A stretch of DNA of 64,000 nt from Lytechinus pictus (Eukaryota). The translations under genes and the position numbers were made by a program. The DNA lies in the NCBI RefSeq assembly GCF_037042905.1, contig NC_087252.1, positions 2,978,001-3,042,000 on the forward strand. The letters are read 5' to 3'. The notes beneath the pieces were generated by a model that had not been told where the DNA came from, did no database searches, and worked only from the letters and a program-made list of their open reading frames with translations. Positions 26,366 to 41,300 of this stretch are shown here, one piece after another (position 1 is the first letter of the stretch; each line of letters starts with the position of its first letter).

Positions 26366-29300
26366 GTGAGTAGAACCTTTATCAGTACTGTATAATATGA
26401 ATGTCCAAGTTTTTTTTCCCACGGTCTTGAAGTTCGAAAGAAGATGCAATTCACCAGCTTTCGACATCGATTATTAAGCAATATATGGTCTATACAATTT
26501 TATATTGCATAAAGTTTATTCTAGACTTTACAAATCATTAATATGTAGTATTATGTCACTATTAAAATATTTCTCAATTATTTCAATATGTTCCTTTTTT
26601 AAAAGTAGGTACAATTCAACTGCACATTCCACGTAACAGCAACATAGTTTCCCTTGCTCGAGGATATAAATCAAAGGGAAAGCGCTTCCATTTGTTTTCT
26701 TAAACTGCATTCATTATTTATTGATATTATTGTTGTAATCTTATTACATTAGGTGTACTGTTATCGTTTTAATCATCCTCGCCATTATAATGTGCAATAT
26801 CATCTTTATTATAATGATAATCACCACCGGCATCATTACTATGATTATTACCATTGTTGCCACTTGTTACACCTGTGAACTTTTGATCGACCACTTCATA
26901 TAAATCCCTAAAACCTCTTTCAAAACTGCGGGGTTTAATATTCCATTTATCTGTATAACCTATGCTGGTAGAAACTTCCGCTGTATATGACAGATGACTA
27001 GGAGTAAAAAAAATAATCCGCCAATCATGACATACCAGTAAGACAGTAATCAAAATCTAGTTTGGCTGGTGGTTCCATCTAGTGAGAACAGCAGTTACGC
27101 TTTTTTTTAAGAGGGTTTCTTTACTACTCAAAAAATATTATTTTCAAAATTAACCAGACACGAAGTCCACAATGTCACCTTGAAAAGAAAGAAAGAGAGA
27201 GAAAGAAAGAAGTTATAAGTCAAGAAGCAACTGCATGTTTTTTGGTTAAGGGATGGTCCGGGCTGAAAATATTCATATCTAAGTAAAATTCATAGAGCAA
27301 AATGCTGAAAATTTCATCGAAATCGGATAACAAATAACGAAGTTATTGAATTTTAAATTTTATAAATATTTTGTGAAAACAGTTATATACACATTGCCAT
27401 GAATATTCATTAAGTGGGCTGATGATGTCACATCCCCGCTTTCTTTTTGTTATTTTATTACATGAAATCATAAATGTTTCATTTTTCAAACATGTGTAAA
27501 TGATGTGTCTCCGTTATGATGAAAAAAGTGGCGACAATAATGCACTTAATCAGTTGTAGTGCTTGGTAAAAAAAAAAAAAAACATAATTTCATATAATAA
27601 AATACAAAAGAACAAGTGGGGATACGACATCATCGGCCCACATAATAAATCTTCATGACGACGTGCCTAGAAGAACTGTTTCACCGGAATAATGCAAATA
27701 TTTAAAATTCAATAACTTCGTCATTTGTTATCCGATTTTGATCAACTTTTTAGCATTTTGCTCTGAATTTACTATATTTATTGAGATAGAAATATTTCCA
27801 GCCTGGACCTTCCCTTTAAGTAATATCACAAAGAGTGTGAGTTTAAGTCAATTATGTGAAACATCTCCTGAACTATACATTTTTTTTTGCCCAACAAACG
27901 CGGGTCGGTATCGGTATTGTCCTTTTAAACCGATGTTAGGTAAAATATTGGGCAAATGTTAACTCAAGTCATTTTAGATTCATGAAATTAAGATATGATT
28001 AACACATGCTAACATACCAGCTTAAAATCATTATAGAATTGTAAATAAATAACAAAGGAATATGCATGAATCGTTATACTGACGTGGCGATCACCGGCTT
28101 CCTTGTATTTCATTCCAATACCCTTTTTACCTCAATGTTATTTTTTTGTTTCTAGGAAATCGCCAAAGTAATAGCGAAGTAGATTAGTCTCTTGTTATTA
28201 AACATTCGTTATCATCGTTGATTTTAAAGATAGTCGAGGAATGTTTTAATGTTTGATCATGTTGGCTTGTCAATATTTACCTCACTCCATGAACATGTAG
28301 TAGCATGTATTGGATAAGGATATAGATATTTAATTCATGTAAAACAATCACAATGTTATCAACTTGTCGCAGACGACAAATATAAATGAGGCAAGATATC
28401 AATAATCAATTAGATGGCGCTGTTTTCCAGAGGTGAGTTCTTGTTTTAGAGATAGGGGCAAACCCAAAGTGAATAACAAAACAGAACACAATTCAAACGC
28501 ATATGCTGGAGACATTGTCAAATAATTTATCTGTGTGTGATGAGGGCCCTCTCTTTTGTTGCTTCAACTGGCGTACAGATTAGGGAAGGGGGAGGCTTGG
28601 GGTGCTCTCCCCCCCCCAAAAAAAAAAAATAAATAAAAAAATATGTAAAGATATTTCACAAAATTTGATTTTTGTATTAAGAATGTCGGAATTGTTGCAC
28701 GCTCGCTCGCAACTTTTTTTTTATAGGTTTCACGCAATAGGCCATATCTAGCCCCTTCTAAATTTTTGTCTCATTACTCCACTGGTGGCACCACATTAAC
28801 CACAAGACGGAACACAATGTCCTCATTTTTATATTTCTAATCGTGCTTGCGGCAAAGTTTTTGTGGGCTAGTAATGAACTCGAACTTTAGACGCACCATG
28901 TCAATATTGATGTCGCAAAAACTATTGAAAACGGTCGAACGGGGTGTAAAATGATATCATACGATCTTTTGAAATTTGACTTTTAGAAAAAAGAGATGGA
29001 TCGTCTTGAAATATAAAGTGTGTGAATTGAGTCAGAAATGTCATTCAGTGGAGGTTTCCTTACCTAGATGAGCTCCATTGTATATGTTTAAAAGAAGTCA
29101 AGGGTCTTGAGAATCGTGTTAAAGTTAATGTGATATCATGCATTCCCTGCCAAGTACAAGTATTCATACTTCCCGATAGGTGTGCCAAACGGCATATAGA
29201 AAGAAAGTACATTATGAAATCATGATCAGAGATGTGGATTCAATCAGTCGCATGCAGGGTGAACACGAATTTCGGAATCCTTGAACAGAAAATGAACCAT

Positions 29301-32300
29301 AAGCGATTTCCTCAGTAGGAAGATACGACTTACGCGTTAAAAGAACTTCCGAAACATTTAATAGTTTATAGTTCCAATTTCTCAGAGGGCATGGTGAAAT
29401 TGTATTTGTACCACACCTCCCTGATTATTAACAATTTATCTTGAAATGAATTGAATTGAATTACGATTCATTATATCATCAGCTCCAAAGCAAGATGGGA
29501 TGACCATCGTAAGCTCCTAAAAATCAATTTAAAGGTGGCAATTATGGGCTTGGTACTTGTATGTAGGCCTATACATAGTTGTGGTTAGCTGGTCAATATC
29601 AAGATCATTCATTAGCTAGGAATACTTGTTGTATTTCTTTATGATGTAAACAAACCAACAAACTCCCACATGGTCAGTATATTGTGTTGACCAGTGCGTA
29701 GGCATGGGCTGAATAGGGCGCGTTGGTACTTCAGATTTTGGCGCGGGTTGTTCATTCGGGTGGGGTTGTCTCTTGTCCTCCGTTTGTTTACATAGCCTCC
29801 GCTCAAGGACTTCGTTGTATTTTCTCCTGCCAGGTAAATATCGTACCAGGCACTCCTGCGATTCTGGATCTTTCTACTGAAGCATGTCAGCCAAACCCAC
29901 TGCCGTCCTGTGGGATATTGAAAGAGTATAAACATAATTCGCCCCTATATCCCAATTTACCATGGTTACGACGATAGCAACGCAAGTACAACTGTCGTAT
30001 CGACATGTTTTGGTAGCCCAAATTCCCCCCTCCCCATGCTAGCCCGATTTTCCCATTGGCAGACATGTGATCCCCAACCCAATAAATTAAAATACATTTT
30101 GTTCTTCATTTTCTTTATCTTGTTCGTAAATTATGATTATTGCAGATGAATTAAGCCCTTATTGAGGCATACACCCATCTGTTTTCCTACGACGTTTGAG
30201 AACACACACGAATGAGTCAACCAGTGGAATGCTGCTTTGTAAAGCATCGTTTTCAGGTTTTCAGACGAAATGATCATTTCGCATTTAGGATTATTTCATT
30301 CTTCTTATTAACATGCATTACCTTTAGGGTAAATTCCATCTACAAAACGCATTTTTGTGTGAACCTATGAACCACTTGTTAACGGTGAGAAAATTCATAA
30401 TCATATTGTGTTCTTGTCTCCGTCTACTAGGCAAGTTTGTGGGAAGGGAGATTTTAGGCATCGTTCTACCATGGTCTTATAAATTCACCTTTACACAATC
30501 CGGATCATTATGCCTATAAATTACCGAAGATTGCAATCGATATTGTATATCCAAAATTGTATATTTTCGTTTTAAGTCCAACATCCACTGCAGTTTATAA
30601 AAGACGACAAGTGATAGTCACTGCCTTTCAAACATGATACAAGAGATACAACCAGTCTTGCAATTAACAGGGATTATGTTCGGGGTTGTTAAATAACTAA
30701 AACAGAAATAAAGATGAATTCCAAACGAAGATTAGTAAGAAAAAAAGTAAGAAAGATAAAAAAGAAATATGACATACAGAGAGACAAATTACGCCACCGT
30801 GAAAAATACATTTTAATTTATCATTTTATCTATTCATAATATAGATTGAAATATAGAAAAGGGTAATGTGGGGGTAAGAACGAGTAAATATTAGGATGCG
30901 TTGTTATCAAACCATGATGTTGACATAAAGATGATAATGATATTTAGGTTCCACCTTTATGTGACATATAGTTCAAAGATTTTCTAAAGGTCACTGCAAG
31001 GTGTAAGTCCAAATGTTTATCACATCCAAGCTGAAGAGTAATAAATAGAGCCTTCATAATCACTTGTATTTGACAGTAGCCTAAACAAAAGTCAAATGTG
31101 CCAAAGGCAGACAATAAAACAGATTTCCAAACTTTATCCCTGATGTACTATTCTAGTCACCTGGTCTATACAATGCCTTTTTGTTCTTAGAATTTGAATA
31201 CTCTACCGGTAAAGCTTACGCAACATCTACATTTGAAAATGATAGTGCTTATCCTAATGAAAAATCACAAATGTCATTTGAGAAAAGTTGATCATGAGCT
31301 AACCGTGAACTGGCTTATTTTCTTCGATTTTGGCCCATCGTATGATAATTTCACGGCGCCATTTGGCAAGACTATTTCGTGATGATGGCCTGTATCGTTC
31401 GATTCACTTCCACGCCTAATACCGTGTGAGAAAATCTTCTGCGGAATGCATTTCCATTCGGTATATGTCGGGGAGTTGGTGTTTGGGTGTTACACCTTTC
31501 TTTGTAGTAAGTTACATTACATTTTACAGTAGATGACACGAATTGTCATATCGTCATTTCATTCTTAGATGACAGTAACAATGACACATGGTTCACATTT
31601 AATTAATTCAAATGATACTAGAGTATAGCGTTAATTACCTAGCCCTTCCCCTAAAAAATAAATAAATATAAAAAATAACATAAAAAAATGAAATAAAATA
31701 AAATAAATGAATAAATAAATTATAAATACCAAATTAAAAAAATCCGAATAAGTAATAAGCAAAATAGAGTAACAATTTATCAGATATCTTTAAATTTTAA
31801 TTGATAAGACAATTGCTGGCCTCGTAAGATATTTGGAAGTGATTACACGGACCAACGCTGGCATCAGTTAATTGTTCCAATGTCTTTAAATATATACACT
31901 ATATATATATGCAGTTAAAAAGGTAAATATTTTTTTTGTATGAACGTGGTATTCGCTCCAAAGACTTCACGCGCCAATGAGCTAGTCCCGTTACAAACAT
32001 CGCCGTCAATGGCCCGAAATTAGTATTCAATAGTCTGAAAGAAACTTTGGTATGCGGTCACGCTAAAAGCGCCACAAAAGATTTTAAGGGGCATTTGTAG
32101 GGGTGGGCCTAATCTGGAAATGGGTTATTGAGGGGTGTGTGGTATTGACGTTGGTTATAGTAGCCTGTACTTCCGATATTTGCATAATTCCCAAACATAA
32201 ACACTAGGTTGTATCGACAGAGCCTACAGTGTAGTTACATGTATATTACGAAGAAAATACGCAATGCACGCTCCCGTGTAGTGTTTACTGTTCTTAGGCC

Positions 32301-35300
32301 ACGTTCCAATAAAACAAAAATCATTTGCGACGACTTCTTGATTTGTTAAGGTTTTTGTGGGGGGGGGGGCATATCACAATCTCTCAAAGCCCAAAGCTGT
32401 TTGTACCAAATTTGAAATTCGAGGGTGGGGCCCATCTCATCAAGACCCACTGCCAATGCAGAAAATACACAATAGGCCTACACTACATCAACCAACTCCC
32501 TCGCGGCGCCCACATGAATTCTATTTGGTTCTAGGTGTGACTTTGACATCGATCCACATTTTATTATCAATCTGGGTATAAGATTGTAATCATTTAATAC
32601 CAGAACAGACATCATTATTCACGTCTTTTATACGAAATATCAGCTCTTGTGATGTCTAGGCGTATTTTTTCTTCTTTTTTATGAATTCAGGGATACCATT
32701 TGCAGCATGATGTAAACAAACCACCATTTGCTGATATTGCACCAAAATTTAGGCATCAGAGGAACTTGACCGTAGACCGGAAGGAAATTACATAGTACAG
32801 GCGGAAATAAAAGTGCTGTTTAACTGATTTGGTAAAAGTAGGCTTGCAAATCAAAACTTCCGGAATCCGAAAAAATAACATCAAACAGCATAAAACAGAA
32901 GCAATATTACTCCATCTGAGTTTCTGTATGCAATAGGCAATTTATGTTACTACATGTACATACAATTCAATTGTTTTATAGATCCAATATTGCTAAAAAA
33001 CGTATTTATCATGTACAAAGTCAATACAACATCTGTTTCATCTAAAATTCATAAAAATGATTTATTATGCTCACGTTTATTGACAACAGCCGTTTAATAT
33101 TATGCTAATAATGACTGAAATAATGTCCCCGGTTAATTTTTTCAAAACAAATATATATAAATAAAATAAATTACATAAGAAATTGATTTTATTGATATTG
33201 GTACCATAATTGTTTTCTTTTACAGTTGTTAGGAATGGCATCAAGAATATTTTCACCACAAATTAGCTTTCTAGGAGCTTTATTCAGTGAATTAGAGATA
33301 AATAAATATGATTTCATCAATAAATTAGCATAATTGATTCACATGAAAATATATATTGTGCAATTTAACTGTGCAACGACGTAGATAATGTCATTTTCTA
33401 CCTTCGTGCACATTTCTATCACGATCGCGCGAGCTTGGGGAGGGGGGGGGGGCAGAAGCGGATCTAGAGGGGGGGTTGGGGGGTTGCAACCCCCCCAAAA
33501 AAAAAAAAAAAAAAATCCGGGGACCATTTTTTTTAATCTTATCTTTTTTTTTAAACTTGTAATTTTATTTTATTCTATTTCTATGTATTTATTTTTCAAA
33601 GATTTTCCCTACTGTGGGAGGGGGGACACCCCCCTCCCACACCCTCCCCCCTCGCTCGCTCCGCTCGCTTTGACTCGGTCGCTACGCTCCCTCGCATACC
33701 ACCCCAACCCCCCCTTTATAAAAAGCTGGATCCGCCCCTGGGGGGGGGGGGGGCGGCTAAAAGGCCACCATGACTTAAAGCTCGAAAATAGCCCAGGTAA
33801 GCTAGGGTTAAGCGAATTTTGTATTTCATTACCTTTTGGTGTTAGTTTCCTTGAAATTAAGGGACGTGGTTGGGGTATCATTGGAGAAACAAAAGCTTTT
33901 ACAAAACAAAAAAGGGCAACGTAATAAAAGCAAAACATAACAGTATGGAAATAATGAATTAACTTCCACACTTAATCGACTTTGATATTTGTATTGTTTA
34001 TTAATCTCTCCAGATGTGGTATACGCATGTTTACATTTTCGTCGTATGGAAGATTGAAGATTCTTTTTGTAACCAACCAATTAAGTGGAAATCTCCTATG
34101 CAATCAGTAAACTTCAACATTTTCACAATTAAACCAATATTATGACACCACAATCCAAAAACCATACACCAAAGCACTTAAGTTGGACGTCAATACGAGA
34201 AGCTTTCCTTGTTGGCCAAAAAACTCTGGAGGTGAAGATGGACAGGAATGAAGTTGGTTTTGAGGGGTTTTGTGTTTGATAATCAAAGCCTGACAGTATA
34301 TGGAAGGCCATAATCACCATAAACCAGATTTAAAAATACATAGTTTGCTTAGTCAATATCTGAGAGTTTTGATTGATACTGTGTGTTGTATATTGATATA
34401 TTGAACAGTTGAAGGCGTACGCAGAGGACAGATAAAACAAAACTTATATAAGAGTAAATATATATATATATATATGTATGATAAAATTCACGTATATCAC
34501 TAATACCAGAATTCTCTTAGCGTGCTTTGATTATACAACGTTAAAAAAAGAAAAAAAAGAATAAGATCAGAAAGACAGGAAAATAGAATAGAAGACACAG
34601 AGAGAAAGGAAGAAAGAAGTGGGGGTATTTAATATGAAGAAATGCGAAATAACTAATAGTAATTTGTTTAGAAAAAAAAAACATAAAGCAGTCAAAATAT
34701 AATTGACTTTATATTACCACCTTTCCAGCCAGGGTTAAATCTAGTCCACTTCAAATTGTTGCCGTATAAATCTATGACGACGCAAGTAGACCGCCGAATT
34801 AAATATTAGTGTGGGTGCCTTTCAAATTGTAAAATTCATGGAAACCCGTCAATACATAGGATTAAAGACGGTTCAAGTGTATACTGTTATGTAACAAGCC
34901 AGAATAATCACTCTTCACAATTCCTTAAAAAGCATACAGTTTCGGTCGGTTGTTCGAAGAGGGTCGACTGATGGCGTACTAATACAATCATGAAATTAAA
35001 ATGGTATAATGGTAATAATAGTAAAAAAAAATACTTCTCCAATGACAACGACGATGATAGTGCTACTACATTGTTATGATAGTGATAATGACATGATAAT
35101 GGCAATAATTGCAGTAATAGTCATAATGATGATGTATATAATACTCATGAATGTAATGACAATAAAGTTCTTGACGATAATATATGGTGTGCTAATGGGA
35201 TAAGATTCCGTATCCTGTCGGTATATTGGAAAGATAATTGAATAAAGAAGGTAGCCTTCTACTTAATTAAGTACCCTGAAACTCCATATTCATTTTTAGA

Positions 35301-38300
35301 ATGTATTTTCTTTCTTCTTCCTGTACGCATCAGCAGTGCCAGTAAAACCCAGCTCCACACTCTTGTTTTAAACTTCATTCGCAATCTTCACACAACCTTC
35401 TCGTCAACCTGTCTAACCATGTACCCTAAGGGTCCATGGTCTCTTTCAACTCTTCAGTCAGTTTTACTGCTATCAGCGATCTCCAACCACAAGAGAGATA
35501 GAGAGAGAGAGGGAGGGGGGGGGGGGGGAGAGAGGGGGGGGGGGGTGCATCATAATTAAACTTCATACACATTTGTGTCTAACACTAATTTTTTTCCAGT
35601 GTGGGCTGCATAAGAATAAAAATTGCTGAACAATAAAGCGTGGTGAAATCCCAAAACTGTAATGTTGAAAATATTATCCATGCACATAAAAATTTACTGT
35701 CTTTCCGAGTAGCGGGAAATTATCGTTCATTTTTGTTCGGAACTATAGGTTAATTGTTTAATATGTTAGTCAAGATAATGAAGAAACTTTAAATTTTTGT
35801 TTGTTTTTGGACAAAGGTCCTTATGAAATAAAAGCCAATCGGATATATGAAAACGTCCGAAAAGGAAGCATTAATAGTTCATAAATTTTCTAAACAATTG
35901 TCTTAAACAGGGTATTCCTCATTTTCCTAACCTGAGGGAATTCCAAACGATTCATAACGTGGACCCTGTCATATGTATGCCCAAAATAGCTCCATTTTAT
36001 ATCTTTACCTATGCACGTGGTTTTCGATTGTTTATAGTCGAGAAGTCTGCAGAAAGTTGCTTTCACTTATGTCGGGGAATTCCTGAAAACCTAATACTTA
36101 TTGCTACTTGCCTCGGTAAACTTTTACAGCAGTACGGTCCAATCTATGTGCACCCCCAAGAAAAATTAAATAACACAGAAGAAGATTGGGATATTTTTAA
36201 AGGCATACAAACCAGTAGCCTTGATAGCCCGACCTCATGTCCTCAAGATATGGCCAGGTTCATTACCCAAAATGCATCATTCTGATCAGTGTAGTCTTGT
36301 GATATAGACCCGCTTGAAGGATAGCACCGTCATTAACAACTAAATACATTAAAATCACACTAATTGTGTTTCCACTATCAAAAGGGTTCCTTTCCTCTCA
36401 ATTTTCTCTACTTAAACAACTATGGAATAATTTTCCTCTATCTAAATAATTGTTATCTCAAAATATTTTTTCATAATACACAGCTAATGAGAGACAACAC
36501 ACGTTTTTTTTAATTGAATCATAATCATAAATCATTATCAAGGTAAAACCGCAATATTTACAAATTATTATTACAGATCAGAGTTATTGCGTCATAAACA
36601 AACTTAAAATCAATTACCATTTGGTATACACTTGATTTGGTACCCACTTAGTCTAATCCACACATGTATAAATTTCCATTTCGTTTTTTGAATTATTTTT
36701 CATTTTTTGTGTAATAAAATTGGATTTACAGAAAGTTCATAATGATCACATGACAATTATAGACTAAGTTGTGCTAAAAAATGATACTAGACTAAATGGT
36801 TTGAGACGGATTGGGATTAGATCATGCGGGATGAAAATGAGATCAACCGAAATATATACGAAAATGTTTAGACCAGGTGGCAATTGACCGATTTAACCAC
36901 TCCTTGGCCCATTTAGTATTGTTCCCGGTTTCCTTAGGACTTTCAAAAAAATCTTTACTGGAAAGCGCTATTCAGGAAATCAAAACATCCGATTCCTCTG
37001 TCATTTGTAAACTTAAAAGTGTGTGAAGATTCCTCTGATCAGTTTGACAAGTTTGTCAAATAGGAATAGGGTTCATGTAATTACAAACATGACCAACTCG
37101 ATGCATCACTTGGAGTATATATTATATCAGCGAAATTTCAAGAAATCATGCAATCCTTTTTCATTCACTTTGTTTTACTTGCCTTTCTTTTCTTGATTTC
37201 TCGTGAGTATACTCCGCCGCTTTAGGTATGTGTCTGTCTGTTTATATCTTTCTCTTTCTCTTTCTCTTTATGAGTGTATGTGCGCGGGAAAGGTCTGCCA
37301 CACCCGTCCCTCTCTTATAGTAAAGCATAAAGCGATTGGAAATCTTTGAAAATTGTATTTTCGTGACAGGGTGACAGTGTGAGCATGATCACGCCGAAAA
37401 CAACATTGCTTGTTTGAGTTTTCCTACTGAAATAAATTATAGTATCTTACCCTGTTTTTCCTGTTTGTCTCTTTCTTTGTGAGTGTATGTGTGTTGGTGA
37501 GGGTGTGCGTGAGCGCGTGCGCGTGTGCTTGATTGATAATGAAGTCAAATCAATCGGTCTTCTCGATGGATAATAAAAACGAACTATTCGGATAATTGGC
37601 AAATATACAGCCGAAAATGTTTATGTTTTGAATCTGCAGCACAAGTCAAATCATTAAAAAGAAACAGTAACACAATATCACGAGTTATGATAAAATTAGT
37701 AAACAACAAATTTCCCTTAAATTTTAAGGGCAGTTTGGAAGAACGTCCATCCAGAAATGTGATAATATACGGAAGTCATGCGCTTTATGTATGATTGTAT
37801 TGTATCCTATGTCATTGAAAATGCAACGAAAAATATTTGTTGATGTACTTTCCTTTCCAACCTATGTATATTAATGACAAAACATAAATAATTATTATGT
37901 GATCATGTGCTTGGCATTAGTTGCATATATTTGAAACAGGATTCTTGGAATTGACTGAAATATTTTACTTTAGAAAATACAATATGTATATGATAATATA
38001 ATATGAACGATGCCGAGTAAATATTTTTTTTTCTTACAATAACACGTAAAACTGAAGATGTACAAAATGCGTACCGGCTTGTTTCTCAAAGTAAAAATAT
38101 ATAACCTAAAACATAAATATTGCATTCATAACCATAATAAAGAAATAAGGCCCAACATTGCTATAACTTCCAGTGAATCTATGACAAAGAAAATGGAACG
38201 TTCAGCCAAGTTATATGTCACCTATATTCTACATCCCTTCACCTTAGAAGACTGTAGAATGGTTGGCCAGTTATAAGTAAGAAACATACAGGTCTATCCA

Positions 38301-41300
38301 ACATACTTTTATATAAGCCACTGCCGAAAAGTGTGACGACACATACTGGACGAACTTTTAGTAGGCGAGAGACTTCTCATAATCTTTGAACATACGTGTA
38401 TATACACACACATATACATAATTATATATACGTGTATATTGTTCAGAACTTTGTATCAAGCATAAATGAGAAAACTGTAGGTCTAGTGATAAGTTTAAAG
38501 GACAGTTGATATGAAGCCTATTTTTATACACGTATCAAAGTTCTATGTCCGACATTCATAAGATAAGCGCGTGAGAGATTAAAAGATATGCACTTGTTTT
38601 TGGTGACTTTTTAACCAAAGAATATTATTGCTAACCGTAACTAAATTACCTTTCTGCCCAATAATATAAAGAAAGTTTCGCCTTCACGACGCACGGCGGA
38701 TAAAAAAGTAAATGTACTGAAAAGGCCTGTTAAATGACAATGAACAACTGGGAGGTCTTTGTCGAAAATTGTTGAAACAGAATAGCGCTTTCACTCTAAG
38801 TTTCGGAGCTGACGAAAAATTACAAAATAATATGTTGTTTGTTTAGAGTCCGACCCCCTATATGTTGGACCTTCTGGAACTTTTTGTCTCTGATTTCTGG
38901 TTCTTTTGACAGTCTGTGATGTTCTCAAAGGACCTTGATTTGCTGAGTTTATAAAGTGAAGTAAGACTTGAGAAAAAAATGGGCTCGGACGTACAAAAAG
39001 GTTGATCATTTTACGGATCGCCCAACTGCTCTATTGATTGACAGATTTTCAGCAAATATTCATTGGGTGTATTTTGTCATGACGATCATTTGACAGCATT
39101 TTTTCTATGTTCTTGAATCCGTCGAGCTTGGTGGGAGCAAAACCCCCTTACTGTCATTTTAAGACGAGATACTCAGAACTTCGGGTCTATGCGTATATGT
39201 GTTGCATAAACGGAAATACCATTGGTTCTACACGGACTGGCTTTTCCGTCGGTACCCACAATCGATATTTATGCATATGTATATATCATTTTTGTTTATT
39301 CCATCTTAGGATGATGTTTAATATACCACGTTAATGTTTAACCTTGCATTTTATTACCACTTTCCCTTTTGAAATATCTAGATGCAGTTACTGTGACAAC
39401 GATAGAGCGAAAATCAACCGTAGAGGGCGCCACCGTGCAGCTTTCTTGCACGTATCTTCCTCACACTACCCCCGAAGACTTCGGATACCTTGCATGGTCG
39501 AAGGATGGCACAACATTTCTAACCTACGCATGTGAACAGTCGTGTGGGATGCAGGAATCGACATCGACCCCAATGGGCAAGTACGACCTCAACGTTGACA
39601 CGAGTTCGAGTGGGAATCTGACGATTTTCGACGTTGGTCTGGATGACGAGGCCACGTACATGTGTTCAGTGCTTACCAGTGACCTGGTCGTGTATTCAAG
39701 CACAACTCAACTATCTGTTGATGGTAAGTGACCAAATAATGCGGTTACCAATGTATTGCAGATACTTCGCAGTCTTTGTTTCTGTTATGGTAACTCCCGT
39801 AGGAACTCGGCAGGTCTGGAGAGCCTTTTCCTGGTAAACATCAAGCTGATATATAAACAATTACAATTGAAGCATTTTAGGAACTGTTATTGTTATTATT
39901 TCAAATACATACCCACCAATTTTCTCTACAAAAATTATATTTGGATAAATTTGTTATTAAATGGACTTTTAAAAATGATACAAAAGTTTGTATGACTTCT
40001 GGTAGGGCAATAACTAGGCTAGACCGGTTTGAAATGTTTACGCTTTACCGAATTCCCACACTTCTAGATATTTAACTCGGAAGCAGTGTGCAGAATTTCA
40101 ACAAAATCCTTATCTCGCCTCCCTAAAGTCAATATTTTTGTTGAGCTCTTATGTTTTCCCTTAGCGGTCTGACCTCGAAGATGTGAATAATTTGTCAGAG
40201 GATAAGAATGTCAAACAACACGGTTGTTATTTAATGTGTATTAAAGGTTCGCATGAAAAACGACAGGAATTGGAATTTGATCTGTATACAATTGTCCTCC
40301 AAGAGAAAGAGAGAGAAAAAAAAATTATCCTACATTTAAATATTTTCAATCAAACAACTTTCAATTAATATTTAAAAGAAGAGCATGCCAAATACTCCAA
40401 TTGCAGCTAATATAAACTAAAGCTAATTTAAACTCATTATTGAAATAGGAGCAATCATACTAAAAACGAAGTCTTTGGGACACACATTAACGAATATATG
40501 CACTTTTGAAACGGCAGATATTTTCTAGTTAAATTACATTTATACACTTAATAATAACAACCATTAAATCAAAAGACGATCAGTCACTGGTATAAAAGCC
40601 TACAGTCATAGTTCAATTTCAACCCTGAAAATCTGAAGTGTTTTACTAATTCAATGGGATATTCTATCCTTAAAAGTACAAATTGAAGTGGGTCATTTCT
40701 TTCCGAAGTTAATATTCGATTTGATGATAAGCTGTATGGACAGAGATCAATATTGTATCAATCAAATATCATGACTAATGATATTAGGAAACCAAAGGTC
40801 ATGTGTATCTCCGTTGCCGGGCTATTTATATATCTTTGTTTATTCATTGCTGGTTACACTGTTTGCCTCTTGGTCGACAGTTTTTTTTGGTTTTTTTTCA
40901 AGTTCAAATTAAAATATCATGAACAATAATATAGAATGTGAATTTCATTGCTTTACTGATATTAAATACCTTTTTAAGAGACACCACAAGGAAAAGAAAA
41001 GCAATATAACCAACAACCGTAAATATCACGCGAAACCATGATTATTAAGATACTTTGAAAAAAAAAACATACGTTTTGAACCACCCCTCCCCCCAAAAAA
41101 CACCAAAAGTCACTGTTTGATCAAAAACAGTACTACGGGGTACACGCTTTAAAATATGATTATATTGGGTTCTTTATCTTTTTTCTTTCTTTCATAGAAA
41201 GATTTTGTTCAAAATCAAACACGAAAGCAATGCAATTTACAGAAAAATCATGAAGCGAACATATTTACAACAACCGTACATGCGTACTACTATCTAATGA

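Noticed and set aside
29639..29977. GC-richer segment with ORFs on both strands in IgSF intron 1
   Set aside because: No recognisable domain and no splice sites fitting the gene model; possibly a decayed repeat or regulatory DNA, which cannot be resolved by eye.
33388..33971. 178-aa and 120-aa ORFs
   Set aside because: They run through a MITE and homopolymer tracts and are low-complexity artefacts.
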